From contig CM120641.1 in the NCBI GenBank assembly GCA_051362555.1, positions 16,120,001 to 16,184,000 on the forward strand: a DNA stretch of 64,000 bases. The letters are read 5' to 3'. This document shows, piece by piece, positions 26,501-40,291 of this stretch; within the stretch, counting starts at the first letter, position 1, and every line of letters starts with the position of its first letter. The position numbers were made by a program, and so were the translations under genes. Below the pieces are notes generated by a model. The model ran no database searches. It saw only the letters and a list, made by a program, of their open reading frames with translations, and was not told the DNA's origin. This DNA is from Lingula anatina. Taxonomy: Eukaryota; Animalia; Brachiopoda.

Positions 26501-29500
26501 ATAAATAGCGTGTCTTTATTTGTACTCTCAGAAAATTAAAGCATTGTAAACACTTCACAGAATTGTTAAAAAAATTAAGCAAAGATAGGCCTATGCTTCC
26601 TACTACTAAGGTAATTTCGGTCGATGCCATTTTGTCTACTTCGACTCACACGCTAGCAGCCAACTATCGGGTGGCCTGTCCGACCTTCAGTCCACCAAAT
26701 ACCGCGACGCTCTTGTCGACCCTTTTTTCGCTCCAAAAAGAAACTGGTATGTGCTGCTTTGGACAGAATGTCACTGAAATTTTCCGGGCGATGATTGCTG
26801 GCCGCGGCCAGCCTTTCGTAAAATTGTAAAAGGGTGATATCTCCATGTCCAATATCAATGGCAAACCAATCCAAAACGACGGCCCCCGTTCTCTTTATGA
26901 CTTTAATTGTCGTGTATTTTGAAATTAATGCTAGAGATGAAGTTGACGGCAAAACGGCCATATTTCCATGTGGTGATAATACGCATGCGCAGAAAGCTCA
27001 TTTTCCACACTCGGAACTACTCGGATGTCTCCGCAGTCGACAATGACAGTATGGAGCTTGCAGAATTAGCAGAGAATTGCCGATTGCATTTTCCGGCAAA
27101 TTCAATAACGATGTTTGCGACAACCGACTTCCTTTGGGGGGGGCGGTTTGGGGGGGGGGATTTTTTTTTTTTTTTTTTTTTTTGGAGAACGGACGAAAAT
27201 CGGTGCGCGCGCAGGATGTCATCCATAAAATTAAAAAAGTGTGGCCTAATAAGCTTTCCCAACAACTGTTGTGACAATATTGTTATTATGAAATCAACTG
27301 TGGTGTTATATTCATGATTATTAATTTATAAATTATAATTAATTAATTTATAAGAAATAAGAAACAATGAAAGATGCATGCTGACTGATTGACAACATGA
27401 AGGGTTTATTTTCAGAACTTGAAGGATGAGCCTTGTGGGTCTTTTTAGATCTGGTAATTTGATCTGTTCATTGCTATCTGTACTTTTAGCCCATCAGTGT
27501 GGAGGAGTGGATAGCTTTTTGTGAGTTTGTAAAGGAAAAATGTGACCAGATAGGAATTGAGAAATTCAAGGTGAAATTTTGTTTTTACTAAAGCATATTG
27601 TAGCTGTATACCTGTGCAAAATTTTTTTCATAAATTTATTTTTTATGAAAATCAAATATACAGTTTTTGTCTTTGTTTATCTTAGTTATGTTTAAGTCAT
27701 CTTCAAGTGTAACTATTGTGATACATGAAATAAAATGATTTTATTATTTGCTTGAAAATACTTTATCCTAGCAACCTAGACACATCTATATCTATGACTT
27801 ATTTGTTGTGAATTTTTGTTCAGACCACAGACCTGAAGCCCCCCTCAGTGCCATGCCTTTACCAGACCCCAAATGGACAGGACCTGGATCTCAGGCTGTT
27901 CAACAGAGGTTGGTTAAATCCATGGCCATATGCTTGTTGACAGTTTTTTTTTATGTTAAGGTCAAAAGCTTTGTTAGCAATAGTGACTTTGGTTAAAAAT
28001 AAATAGAAAATATAAATTATTGGCCTCAAAAGGTACAAAAAACATGATGTTTAAATATTTAGATTACAAACAAGGAGGCAAAATGCATATACAGTTTATA
28101 GTTTATTCATTGTAATGTATGCATCCACCTGGGTGGATGAAAATGACAATATAAATGTAATTTTAGTGAGTATGCTATTAACCAATTACAATGTGTAAGA
28201 CTGCTTACTTAACCCAAGTTTCTATTATTACTACTACTCAATTGCCAATGGGTGCAGCACTGTCTTCTAGCAAAAGCAGAGGAGAGACTTCAACCAAGTG
28301 TTTAAAGAATTGTAAGCCAGGTTGTAATAATCTTATTTCAAATTCATAGTAAAGCAACATGTTTCAGTTATGACTTTGTACAATTGGCAGATCCTACTTA
28401 TTACTGTTGATCTTTCAGACCTTATGAACAAGTGCATGCCATTGTTAAGTTCTATACTGGAGCAGGAGGCTAAGGGATGGTATGTCCAGTACAGAGACAG
28501 ACTCATGAATGAACTCAAAGGTACACTTAGTCTTTTTCTACTCATTATATCTGTTGTGACTTTTGTATTTACATTTGGTAACATATTGCATCAGTGTAAC
28601 CAAAAATATTATTCAGTTTTGTTTAGGTAATTAGTAAACATTATATTTTTCGCATTTTTTATTAACAGAACAAGAATTGTCAAGAGAGGAGATCAGCAAA
28701 CAGCTGAATGAAGCTGTCATGGAGGAATACTTGCGCAGAGTCTATAGTGCCATTTTAGCCAATCAGGAACTGGAAAGATTGCAGCGTGGCATTGGTATGG
28801 TTTGCTATATAGAAATTTTTGTATTATCAGATGCTTGAAGGAATATACATACTGTTTGACAGCAAGGACAACGACATTGTTTAAAATACAAAGAAAATTA
28901 TTTCATTAAAACTTACTGTTAAGGATGTGTCATTTACAATATGAATAGATTGTATTGTCAAATTATTTTGACTTAATGGAAAGAACAGGCTAAAGGTTCT
29001 AAATCTGACTGCTTCCTGTAATAAGTTGTAATTACCATGCTTTCATAGTTAAAGCATAAAAGTATTAACTGATATGTATATTACTGTAAACAGGCCAGTT
29101 ACTGGTGAATCAAGCCAAGGCCATTCTGGTGATGACCAGGGCAGTAGACCGTGTGGAGGAGAAGATGAACCAACACAGGGCACAGGTATGTGGTAACTCT
29201 GCCTGTATTAAAGTATTACTTTCTTTTTACACAGAGTTTCTAAAGCTCCATTGTCTTCATCTAATTCAGATATGACAAAACAAATGGGTTCATCTTCAAA
29301 TTTATGTTCATGGATGTATATTATTAGTTTCTTTGATTTTTCCATTTCAGTTAAAAAAACATCTAGAAACTGCATATCCAGTAAAATCCAGAATTCCTGC
29401 CTGGGTTAATGAACAGTTGCACAATTTTGAGGTAAAACATGTATTGCGGAGTATTTACCATTTCATTAGATTTGTAGTAATAGCGTTCTATTTCTTTGTT

Positions 29501-32500
29501 TTAAGGGGACCATGCTTTTTCTGTCTAAGTATGAAAGTTATAAAAATGGTTGTTATTAGTGGATGGAGTCCAAAGGAGTCATGAATAGGGATATAGGTGA
29601 AATCTTTTTAGCATATAGCATAAATTTCAGTTATAAATTTAGGTTGTGAAAGGTAATTTAAGGTTTTGTTCTCTTTTGTGTGCATATTAATATACATATT
29701 TTTGTGTGTGTTTAGGTGGACTTCACAGCCCAGCACTTGCTGTCTGCCCATGAGGAAGCAATCCAGATGTGTAGAGAAAAGAACCTCACACAAGCATTGT
29801 ACTTCTTACAGAGGGACTTCAACTTTATCAAAGATGTGAGACACCATTTTGGATTTCATTGCTCTTTTCAAAAGCTCACTCTTCTGTAATCAGCATGTGC
29901 TACCCATTTGGCAGTTACAGTTTAAATGCTTGATAGAGGGGAAATCACTATCACTGCTAAAATTGAGGGTGGCTAGTCTAGGCTATAGGATGTTTCCAAA
30001 ATATCACTTAATTTCAAATTTAATTTATAAATTTTGATGACATGATAAAAGTGTTTAAGAAAGTCTTTGACACAGTATGCATAAGATGGTAGCATTAAAC
30101 AATAACACAATATGATGATCCTCATTTATTGATTCAGATGTATAGTGCTCTACTCGTGCTCAAGCACAGATATTTGAGATCATGCTCACTCATTCCAGAG
30201 AGAAACAGTCCTAAGAAAGGAACTGAGCAAGGTGAAGTACCCAACCAGGGAGTTCCATTTCTCCACCAGAATATGGTTGCCTCAGAACTGGATAGTAAAG
30301 CAGCACTTGTATGGAGAGTCTGAAGTTATTCCTACAGTGATTACTGATGTGGTGGCAACTAATATACAACCTGCAACTGGTGCTGATGTGGTAAATTTAT
30401 GTCAAATTTGGCCTCAGGCACTTAAAGAAATGTTTATTTTTTTCTGTTATTATTTGAGAATGTGTAGAGGTTTGTTTAGGTTGACCATTTTCTTTGCATG
30501 TTCAAGTACTTTTCCGTATCAAGTTGTTATTATGTTTTTCAGTTATTCAGGTTAACAAAGAGGTTGTTCGCCACATGTTTTTTTTTTATTGAAATGCTGT
30601 CCATTCTCTTGGACAGTAATTAATTTTTTATTTTTCAATAAAATGTTGTGTAAATTATATATTTTAGCCCTCCTACTCTCTGGAACAGTACACACGCAGA
30701 AAGACAACAACTAGGATCCCATTCTGGAGATGGTGGAACTACCTGAATAGAACTTGGGCCTGGATGTGGAATGCAATGTTTGTCTGCTCTGTAAGGATAA
30801 ATCATTACCTGTGTACATTGATTTAATTGGCCACTATTCTCTTTAGTATATCATAGAAGTATCATCTGTGACAAAATATTGTGATATATGTTTAAGTGGA
30901 AGAGAGTGAAATAACATTTTGTGAAAAAATGAAAATATATTATGTATAGTAGTCAACAGATGTTATATGTATTTTGTGAATCAAAATTATAAAAAAGTAA
31001 TCTGGTCCATTATTTGACTGTGAACTTCCAGGTGGCCATTCCATGGTACAGTCCTCTAAGCCTGCGTGCCTTGTTTGTACTCTCACCATTTTATGCCAAC
31101 CTGGAGCTAAACAGAAGCAATGTGAGCTGAATAGATTTTTTAATACACAAATTTCAAGTCTTTTTAAGAATTAAGTTATATTGGTTACTTATATTTTGTT
31201 GTAAAGACTTATCAAGTTTATTTTTGTCTTTATAATAATTTTTTGCCTGGTGACAAGAATTTTAAGAAAGACCTCATGTGTTTAATTTAAAAAAAAGGTA
31301 TGTTTATCACAGGGAAAGCCGAAAAAGAAACGCCCAGTTTTCAGAAATAATCTAAATGTTCATTTTGATATCAGGGTACTATAGGTCCTGCTGAGTCATC
31401 CATGACACAGACCTTGGCCTCCAGACTGGGGAGCTTGTGGCAACATGTTGCTAAGTCACGGAGACAGTTTGAGGCAGAGCCTGACAGAGGTAATGTAGGA
31501 AAGTTTTCTAAATAAAAACTTTTAATTTTTTTTATTTATTTGGCCATTGCATGCTCAGTGCCCCCATTTGAAATATAAATATATATTAATTATGGCTGAA
31601 AGCAATTTGCTAAGAAGTACAGTTTGAAGACACAGTAACAAAATTATGTTTATTATCAGCCCTATTCCATGCAAAAAAATTATGTTTATAATCAGCTTTA
31701 TTCCATGCAAAAAAAAAAAAAATGAATACAGAATGTTAATTTTGACATTTGAATCTTTGCATAAAAGAGATTAAAAGAAAATAGTAGGTACTAAACAAGA
31801 TGATTTCTTTATTCCAGGATTCTTAGGCAAAAGTTTCACACGTCATTTGAATCGGTTCTGGAACTATGTACTTAAAGGAGCCATAGGAACATTTGGTCTC
31901 TGTCTCTTCTTCCCTCCTCTGTGCCTTATAGTGTCTTTGCTGTCATTTGTGGCTGGGGTAACTACACCACTATGGTAAGTCTTCTGATAAAACAACTTAT
32001 AATGTGCATTGACATGTAATTTTCAACATTAGGAGCATATTGTTCTATGTATATTTCATATGAGAAGAATTTACCTGCCTTCAAATGTGCTGAGATCTTT
32101 ATTTTGAATTCTATTAAAATTGGGGAGAAAAAGTTAGTCATGAAATATGTTTTTGATGTGTGTGATATATAATTCAGTTGGAATTATTTCTTTGTCTTAG
32201 GATGCCTGTGGGGACCTTGATGGTACACATTGCCTCCTTCCTGTTCTTTGACTTCGACAGACCTGGTGGGTTGGCACATTTTCTGGAGTTCATTTGGAAA
32301 TTTGCTTTGAGTGCTACTTCTGGTGGCTTTATATGATCTAAATGAAATAAAAATAGTTTAGGCATCAAAAAATTGTGGATTAATATATTTTTCTTTGACA
32401 AATAAACAGTTGTTATGCATCTTTTTACAGACACAGAACACAATGCAGTCATGATCCTAATGGAGGCTCTGATTTGGAGGATACTCATCCTAGGATGTTT

Positions 32501-34135
32501 GCAACCTGTTGCAGCATTCTTCTCTGGAACAATTCTGTTTCCACTTGGAGCCTTTTTCATTATGCTAGGTATGCCAGTACATTTCATGGCACAACAGTGT
32601 TTTTGTAATCTTAAAAGATAAAAAAACTACTTCAAGATGTGATAATGTTTACTTCACAAAAAAATTGATATCAGCTCTTTATAATAATAGTTATTCTTGA
32701 CAATTTTTTGTCGGCATTATTTTTTTAAACCAAACCTTTAAATAATTGGTATATTGGTTGACATTGTTGCCCCCATCGCATTGCCATGCACACATGCATG
32801 CTTGCACGCACAAACACACAAAGATGCAACATTTCAGATTTCTTTTGTATTTCAAAAAGAATAACCTTAAGTGCATTCTTTCTCATCAGGTGGTTTGGTG
32901 CGCCGTGGAGGTCGCGGGGTTTGGGACACCTTGATGTACCATCTGGTGATCAAAAAGAGAGGGAGAGTACCAGCACATGATGGCTTTGTGGCCAAGAGAA
33001 CAGCTGGGCCAGGACTGGCATCGAATTATTTTTTCCAAGTAGGTTCAATTTTTAATATGCCATCATGCTGAAAGTTTGTGGTGGTGTGATTTTCTTAGTT
33101 TGAAACAGATGATTAAATGAAAGAGATGTTCTACTCAAAATATGATCTGGTTTAAAGATTTATGAGTAATTTGAACCAAAATGCATGTGCAGTGGTGATA
33201 TTTTCAGATTAGACCAGAGCAGGCCCTGGCAGCCTTGGAGTCGGAGATGGAAAGACATGAATTAGAAGCATGGCAGGAAAACATTCTGAAAACAATAGAA
33301 AAGCCACTGGATGAATACAGGTGAGAGAAAATAATACTGATTGATCCCTGTGCTGTAGTTGTTGGTAAAATTTACAATTACACCGGGAATTTGGGTAGAT
33401 CTTATGTCTAATTGTGTCATTCTAATATTTATCAGACTTCCTTTGCTATATTGTAGGGCATGAGATGCTTTTTCACTGAGATTTATTTGTTCACTACATA
33501 GGATATACCTTAAACAATTATTATTGTTCAATTTTTGTATTTATTTTTAACTTTTTTTATTGGTGTCACCAGATTTCGTCTGTGTGGCTGGACCTTTTGC
33601 TGTGCACATTTCATATTTTTCTTCATGGAGCTAATACATTATACTTGCAGGGCTTTCACCAGCAAAGTGTTCCAGCCGTTCAGTGCAGGTTTGGTACGAG
33701 AAGGAGCCTTTAAAACACTGTCTTCAGAAGTGGAGGACTTGAAAAGACAACTGTCTCAGAAGGTTGAAGAGTAAGTTTCATTATCTGATCACCAATAAGG
33801 TATAAGTGAGATATGAACTATAAATATAACATTTATAGTAGGATTAAAGTCCAACCAGAAAACAATTTTTTTTCACAATTGACCATCTTAGTTATTTTAG
33901 ATACAGTGTGGTTTGTTGGACATTCTTTATTATTACTTTTTTATTGTAGAAGGAAAAAGATACTTAGAACTGGCTTGACATCAGATTTACAGCAGAGGAT
34001 TAAACTTACTGACAGAGATTTAAAGGTATGGAATAATTTGCTGCAAGGGGAATATATGTTGAGATAGGTATTGACCAAGGGAATTATTTCTTATTATGCT
34101 GGTTGGGGAAACTGGCAGCATGTAACTATAGCAGT

Positions 34136-34176
<41 letters not shown>

Positions 34177-37100
34177 ATTGAATTTTACATATATGTCTGG
34201 TGAAAATTCATGTTCCGTTTTGTTAACAGGTGCATTTCTTTTGCTTTGCTGATTTTCAGTTGACACTTTCTCAAGCAGCAAAGCTAGTGGAGAATTTTTA
34301 CCCCAGTCATGTGATTAATAAACTCCGCCAGCCAGAGGACTGGTTCTGGGAGAAGAGGCAGCTAGTTCCTGGAGACTTTATAGGTCTGTCTCTATTAATA
34401 TCTCACAAAAGGACATAATTTTGAAGATGTAAATTATTATGTTTTTCCAGTTAGGTTGTTCAGATTACTGATTAATGTAATAAGTATGGTAAAAAAATGA
34501 CTTGTACTGTATGATTTTGAGGTCAGCAATCTGAGTCTATTTTTATTATGAATTGTTCTACTTTGATCTATAAATAAGTGTAGAATAGATATGAAGTTTG
34601 GTTTGTGAGAATTTTTTCTGTTTTAAATTTCTTTTAATAATGATTCTGAAACATAAACAGGATGTATATGGTAGACTGATTAAAAAAACATCATGATACT
34701 GTTTTAAAGGTGCCTTGTACCAACATGAATTATTTTTAAAATTCAATGTTGTAGGACTTGCCTGTTTACTTCTGAAAGAAATATTCTCTCCTGAGTTTCT
34801 TGTGGCTCTAGAAGAAACAGATAATATCTTCAAGCTTAAGGTGAGTTTTCTGATTTGTAACTTGTAAATTTCTTATTGCAATATTGTAACCAATTTTGTC
34901 TTCACAGTTATGCAATATAATTATGATCAATTTTTGTTGTTGAGATTACTGTTTAGTTGTCAGTAATTCAAATATTATTATTATTGCATATTTTTATATG
35001 ACTCCAGATAGCACATCTGAACTTGGCACGCTATGCGTCGATGCTGGGAACAGCAGAAATAAGGGATGATTTGGAGGTGGTAATTCCTGTACATTTACCC
35101 AAAGGTAAATCCCCTTTTCTTTGTTTTATTTAAGCGGAGAACACTTGTTAGAATAGTTATAATGTTTAAAGAATAAAGGAGAGACTGAAATAGCAATATT
35201 GCTTGGAAAACTGTATATTTGTTTTTGATAGCACCATCGTTTTGTATACCAATCGAGATAAAAGAGAATAAATGCTTTTAAGAAAAAATTTGTACCAACA
35301 TGAAATATCCTCAACTTAAGACATATTTTTCTGCCTACCTACAGGGGAGATTAATGTGGAAGCACCTACTTTAGACATAGTTACCTTTGACCCCAATGCA
35401 TATGGAGAAAATTACAGTACCTTTGTGGACAATAGGTAATGGGTGGCTATATTCTTTTATAGTGCATACTGTTGAAGTAGATTTACAGAATTGAAAGTAA
35501 CATGATTATAACTTTGTTTCAGGTAATAATCACAAACTGTTATTTCTTAACTTGTCCAGATAAATCTTAATCAGACATTTACATTAGTTGATTCATTAAT
35601 ATTTTACAAAAATAAAGTTTACAGTAAGCACTTTCATTATGTTAGTTGACGATTTTCTCTACAGGCGCTGGAGAAGGAAGCCATGGAAGAGAGCCCCTGT
35701 TGCCCATGGCAGTGGACAGAAACTGGAGATTCCTCTCCCTGTACCACACCCAGCCAATATTGCCATTATGATATACAACAGGTAAGTAATACACATGACT
35801 AGAACTCCACCTCTTTGTTCTGTCAGTATTGTCCTATATAGAACAGGTAAGTAACTCATAAACTAGATATCCCCCTTCCCTTAAAGCCTGCTTTTCAACT
35901 TTTTTCATTGTGATATATAACGGGTAAGTTATGAGTGATCAGAAGGTATCCTCTCCTCTCCCAGCATAAACTGATTACTATTATTATATACTTTATACAA
36001 CATACCATAAAACTGATCTCTTTGTGTCTGTTCTTTACCAACCATTATATTTTCAGTATGTTCTTAACAAGTTAAAAGTGTGGACATTTCGGGTTGACCA
36101 TTTCCTGTATTAATGTCCACTTTATATCTTTCGTGCTTTTCTTGAGTTTGCCCCACATTGTAGTGTTTGATCATTGTATTTCACACAAGTCAGAATACCA
36201 GAATTTAATGAAAATTTATATAAAATATAAAATGTACTGTTTGAAGAAATATTAATAACTCTTACAGTTCAGTTATAATATGATATAATGGAAAAATCTG
36301 AGAAATAAGAGTTAAAGATAATACTAGTCATTGTTATCATTCAATCAAGTAGATATGTTTGGCTTCAGACTTGAATGTTGGATTTTCAAAATATGATAAT
36401 TGTTTTGAAATAAGTAAGGAATTTTGATGATTTATGACTTTGTGTTCCTTTACCTTTTAAAAGTAGATGTTGTAATTTTGTCTGCATTTTTCAATAGTGT
36501 TCCATAGTCAATGTATGTCTTTAAATTTTTCACCTTTGTGTGTGCCTATGCTTTGTACTTGTGTGTAAGAAACTATGGAGATCTCCAAATCATAGTGGCT
36601 CAGTAAAAGTTTTCAGTTATGGTTATCTAGGCCACTTTTATAACAACTGCCCATATTGTTTACCAATCAGTTGCCCAGGCTTACTTGCTTAGAATATCTG
36701 CCATTATAACTCATATCCTGTTCCTCGCCTTTGTATTTTTTGTGCATGTTTAGCTTGTTTGTACACTGCTTTGATTATCCCGACACTTGTACCATAATAG
36801 TGTGATATGTCACTGTCTGGCATAGCTAACATATGAGGGCAGGACAATTTGTTACTTTCTGCAGGTCAAAGGCCAGCTAGTGCTTCTTCACTCTGGCTAG
36901 CTTCTGTATCTTTGGCTCCTAATTCAGTATTATAACCAAATGCAATTATACCCAGATTATGCAAAGCAAAAACAGGAAAAGATATCTCAATCCTGAGTGG
37001 TGCACAAACTTCAGGATGTTTTATTTCTGTATAGGATGCATGGTAGCAGCCTGTGTGTGCCAAGAGAGGTTATGTGGCCTAGGAAACAGAAGAGAGAGTG

Positions 37101-38740
37101 ATGGAGGTGACAGATGTTACCCTGTGGAGATGCTGCAGGGAGTAAAGTTTAAAAAAGACAATTTGTATTAATGAGAGAAGTTGTTTGATTCTACTTTGAA
37201 CTGAGATTATTAAGCTTAGCTGCATACAGGCGAATAAACAATTGACATTATCCATAAGTATATGTTGATGAGAATTTGTTTTCCTATTTAATAACACTAA
37301 CATCTTCATAGCCCCCATCTTTGGTGTGTAGCTTTCTGATGGGATCCTTTGCCAAATCTGTGATAAAATGATCATCTGAAATTTTAAGGTGGCCTTCAAA
37401 GGCCAATAAATAATTTCAACATCAAAGGTCTAAATTAGGCAATCATTCTATAATAAAAAATTGCTATATTCTGCATGGAGTTAAGTTTTAAACATTCTAT
37501 GGCATAGGCAATATAAACCACACGGTTTTGGTTATAATATTTACCTTTATACTAAGATTATTGATCAATCCAAAGGTGTTGGTGTTGATATTGTGTTCTG
37601 CTTCAGAAATTTCAAGATAGAATGCTATCATATTATCTGCTGTTTGATTATGAGAAATTACAGATCAGCTTCAAAACATGATGATTAAAATAATACACCC
37701 TTAGTGTTATAGATATCTAGAATGAGATGTTTTGTAAGCAATATAAAACAAAACAATGTTTGTTATCATTGATATGTATAATTTGCATAAATATTGCAAA
37801 TTGACAAAAGACTCTTACATAAGATTTAATTATATTGAATAAAGATGCAATTCATGTATATGCTATTTTTGGAGATGGAATTATGGTGTGCAATAAATAA
37901 TACATTAGCCATTGTTTTTGCCTCATTTCTTGTACAGTTATCATTTTTATGCATGTATGTCTACTTTGAATGTTGCCCAGTGCATTTTGATTTTCTCAGC
38001 AGTTAATTGTGATTCCAAATTATCGAGTTTTATCTGAACTACTGATACATTAATGCAACTACTGAAAACTGCACCCTTAAGTCAAAATGTGGTACTATAC
38101 TTGAAAACTGCATGTGTGTTTTGTGAAAGATGCTTATGCCAAGTGCTGATCATTAGCATAGGTCACCACTTTGGAGTGCACCTGCATGCTATCTTTAAAA
38201 TGCTGTTTTCTTCACACTGAAGAAAAGTGAAAAAATATAGATAATTTTAGTACTTTTTGAGAAAAAGATTTCTTTACCTCTTACAGACAAAACGACCAAG
38301 CGCCCATCGACCAACATGACTCTCTGTGTTTACGCATTCTGAAAGCGGCAGAAAAAGTCCCATATGTTGGCTCTTTACCCACTCAACGCACTGAAATCCC
38401 GTATGACCCAGAACCAAGCACCCCAGACCACACCACAACATCAGACATTGAACCTACACCAAGACACATAGCCCAGGCTGAGAGGGCCTTCTCTGATATC
38501 AGTGTTCATATAGCCACACCCGATAGCTACCCGGCCAGTGCAATGGAAAGTAGTGTTAATACAAGTATTATGGAAAGCAGTATGGAGACAGAAGCCGAGA
38601 ATAGAGACTTGCGTGCAGGAGGAGAGGAGGGAAAGGTGATGTATTCTGAGGATGAAACTGACACTAGTTGTGTTGAGGCTGAAGGTAGTGTTGTGGCAGC
38701 GGACGAGAGTTGTGTGGTTACTTTAGAACACACAGTTTGA
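22468..38740 (+). CDS. Uncharacterised ~1,200-aa protein with a central multi-pass membrane region; 31 coding exons (22468-22497, 24130-24207, 24440-24514, 24822-24949, 25240-25345, 25636-25753, 26038-26135, 27490-27570 ... 31818-31974, 32201-32265, 32431-32568, 32890-33038 ... 35665-35781, 38287-38740)
   Basis: A chain of GT-AG exons with mutually compatible phases gives one open frame (MESEEVEAAE|KEPLKFAIDL...LLYHWKSFPI...FWRWWNYLNRTWAWMWN...FWNYVLKGAIG...GRVPAHDGFVAKRTAGPGL...HPANIAIMIYNR|QNDQ...LEHTV*). The start codon and one weak donor (25345) are less certain. I do not recognise the family. Confidence 0.85.
23490..23765 (-). mobile_element. 3' fragment of a non-LTR retrotransposon (Rex1/Babar-like)
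   Basis: Minus-strand KKVKSIMGDPGHPANNLFTPMSS resembles the Rex1-type RT C-terminus (K..SI..DP.HP...LF..LPS). It is followed by AATAAA and a (TTA)n tail. Confidence 0.65.
26158..27246. mobile_element. Non-autonomous PIF/Harbinger-like DNA transposon (~1.09 kb)
   Basis: ~34-bp TIRs GGCCACACTTTTTTATTTTTATGGATGACATCCT / AGGATGTCATCCATAAAATTAAAAAAGTGTGGCC, TAA target duplication (26155-26157, 27247-27249), CpG-rich interior and no transposase ORF. Confidence 0.85.
38152..38225. repeat. ~75-bp dispersed repeat; uninterrupted paralogue of the site interrupted at 47192-50233
   Basis: ATTAGCATAGGTCACCACTTTGGAGTGCACCTGCATGC-TA-TCTTTAAAATGCTGTTTTCTTCACACTGAAGAAA equals 47152-47191 joined to 50236-50269. 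Confidence 0.9.
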
Positions 38741-40291
38741 CATACAAATAGGGGGCAGCACTGACTGAATAGACATTTATTGAATGTATTAAATGTCTGA
38801 TGCATATATGGGGTGGGAACAACTGTTACAAATTTTAAAAACCAGTGTTCGGGACATAGGAAATTAAATTATATAACTTAACATTTTTAATGGTTTTATG
38901 TATCTACTGTAATGTATGCATTCTATATGATAAGGAACTTTTACTCGTATGTACATACCCTTGCCTTATTTTATTTCTTTTCTTGCTTCTATCAGTGTAA
39001 AAAGTTTAAAAACTAGTCAGGGTTGTTGTTTTTATAATGTGATAATAGACAGGTTAGCTACTGGGTTAAACTTGTCTGCAGCTATGCTTACTTGGTTAAC
39101 AGAGCTTAATATTTGAAGAAAGCAAGATCCCACCAAAAAAACTTGAGATTAAAAACCAGTCATTTATGAAGGTACACAAGCATTTCCTTCGAAGCACAAA
39201 AATACCAAAGAATCAAAACCTATCACAGAATTGTATGTCCATAGTGGTGCTGTATTGTATTCTTTTTATACACTTCTAGTAAATTAAACATGCATAACTT
39301 TACATATACCTGGTACCCATGTTTTTCACAAAGAGGTCCTCATTGGATTTTAAATTTACTTTTTCTTCTAAGTAAATTGATGTGAGAGGAAAAATGCACC
39401 AATTTTAATTGCTTCAAAACTTCTCATCAGTTTTAATTGTATGTTTTCTAGTGTTTTTTATTCGAATAATATAGTATGGCAATTGGGGAGTTTTTAACTA
39501 GTTTTTATTATCAATATGCCTTTGTATACTTGGTGAAAGTAGGCAGTTGTGATGTATTTTCAAGATTCAGTAACATATTCATTGTGAAAGTCATTGTTAC
39601 AGTGGTATAACTATCAAAAACATTGTTCAGAAATGAAGTATTGTATGAGCATATCAGTAGACATAAATTTTTATTGTGTGCATCAATTCTTTTTTTAACC
39701 ATGTAACAAGTCAAACTTGTTCTAGTTGTCTATCTGGTAAAAAAAGACATTTTGTTTATGGTATATACAGATGGGTAACAAAAAAGATAGTAGATAAACT
39801 AGTTATTTTTAATGCAGTGATTACATTTCACTGAAAGTTTTTTTTTTTTTTTTTTTTGTATACAACTTCCTTTGCCATGACAATCTGACATGACTTAAAA
39901 CCCTACTTTTGCATTCAGTGTAGTATAAAGTAACATAAACTAAGCTCGTGTAACCAAATCCAATTGTGAATATGTAGTTTTGATATATGTAGAGTGCATA
40001 CACTGATAACGATTACTATTAAAGAAAATGTTTATATAAATGTGATTAGTATGAATTACAAAATGACAAAATTTTAGTCATTGTATATACATTAATAAGA
40101 CAATCTGCCAAATTAAAAAGTATATGAACACATTTGATAGGACAGAAAGATCTGCATATGTGTTTTAAGTATTATCCCTGTATATCAGCTGGCATACTAG
40201 AAAGGGTTGGTGCAATGTTGGCAGGGTTACTTTGAAAAATGCTAACTTTTTCCTGCAAGATCTGACTACTATGAATCTCACAGAAACTCTT

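Noticed and set aside
26355-27317. ORF cluster inside the Harbinger-like element
   Set aside because: Short, on both strands, low complexity and without transposase or Myb/SANT motifs.
28271-28311. Extra cassette exon in the unknown gene
   Set aside because: In the required phase it contains TAA, and the flanking exons already join in frame.
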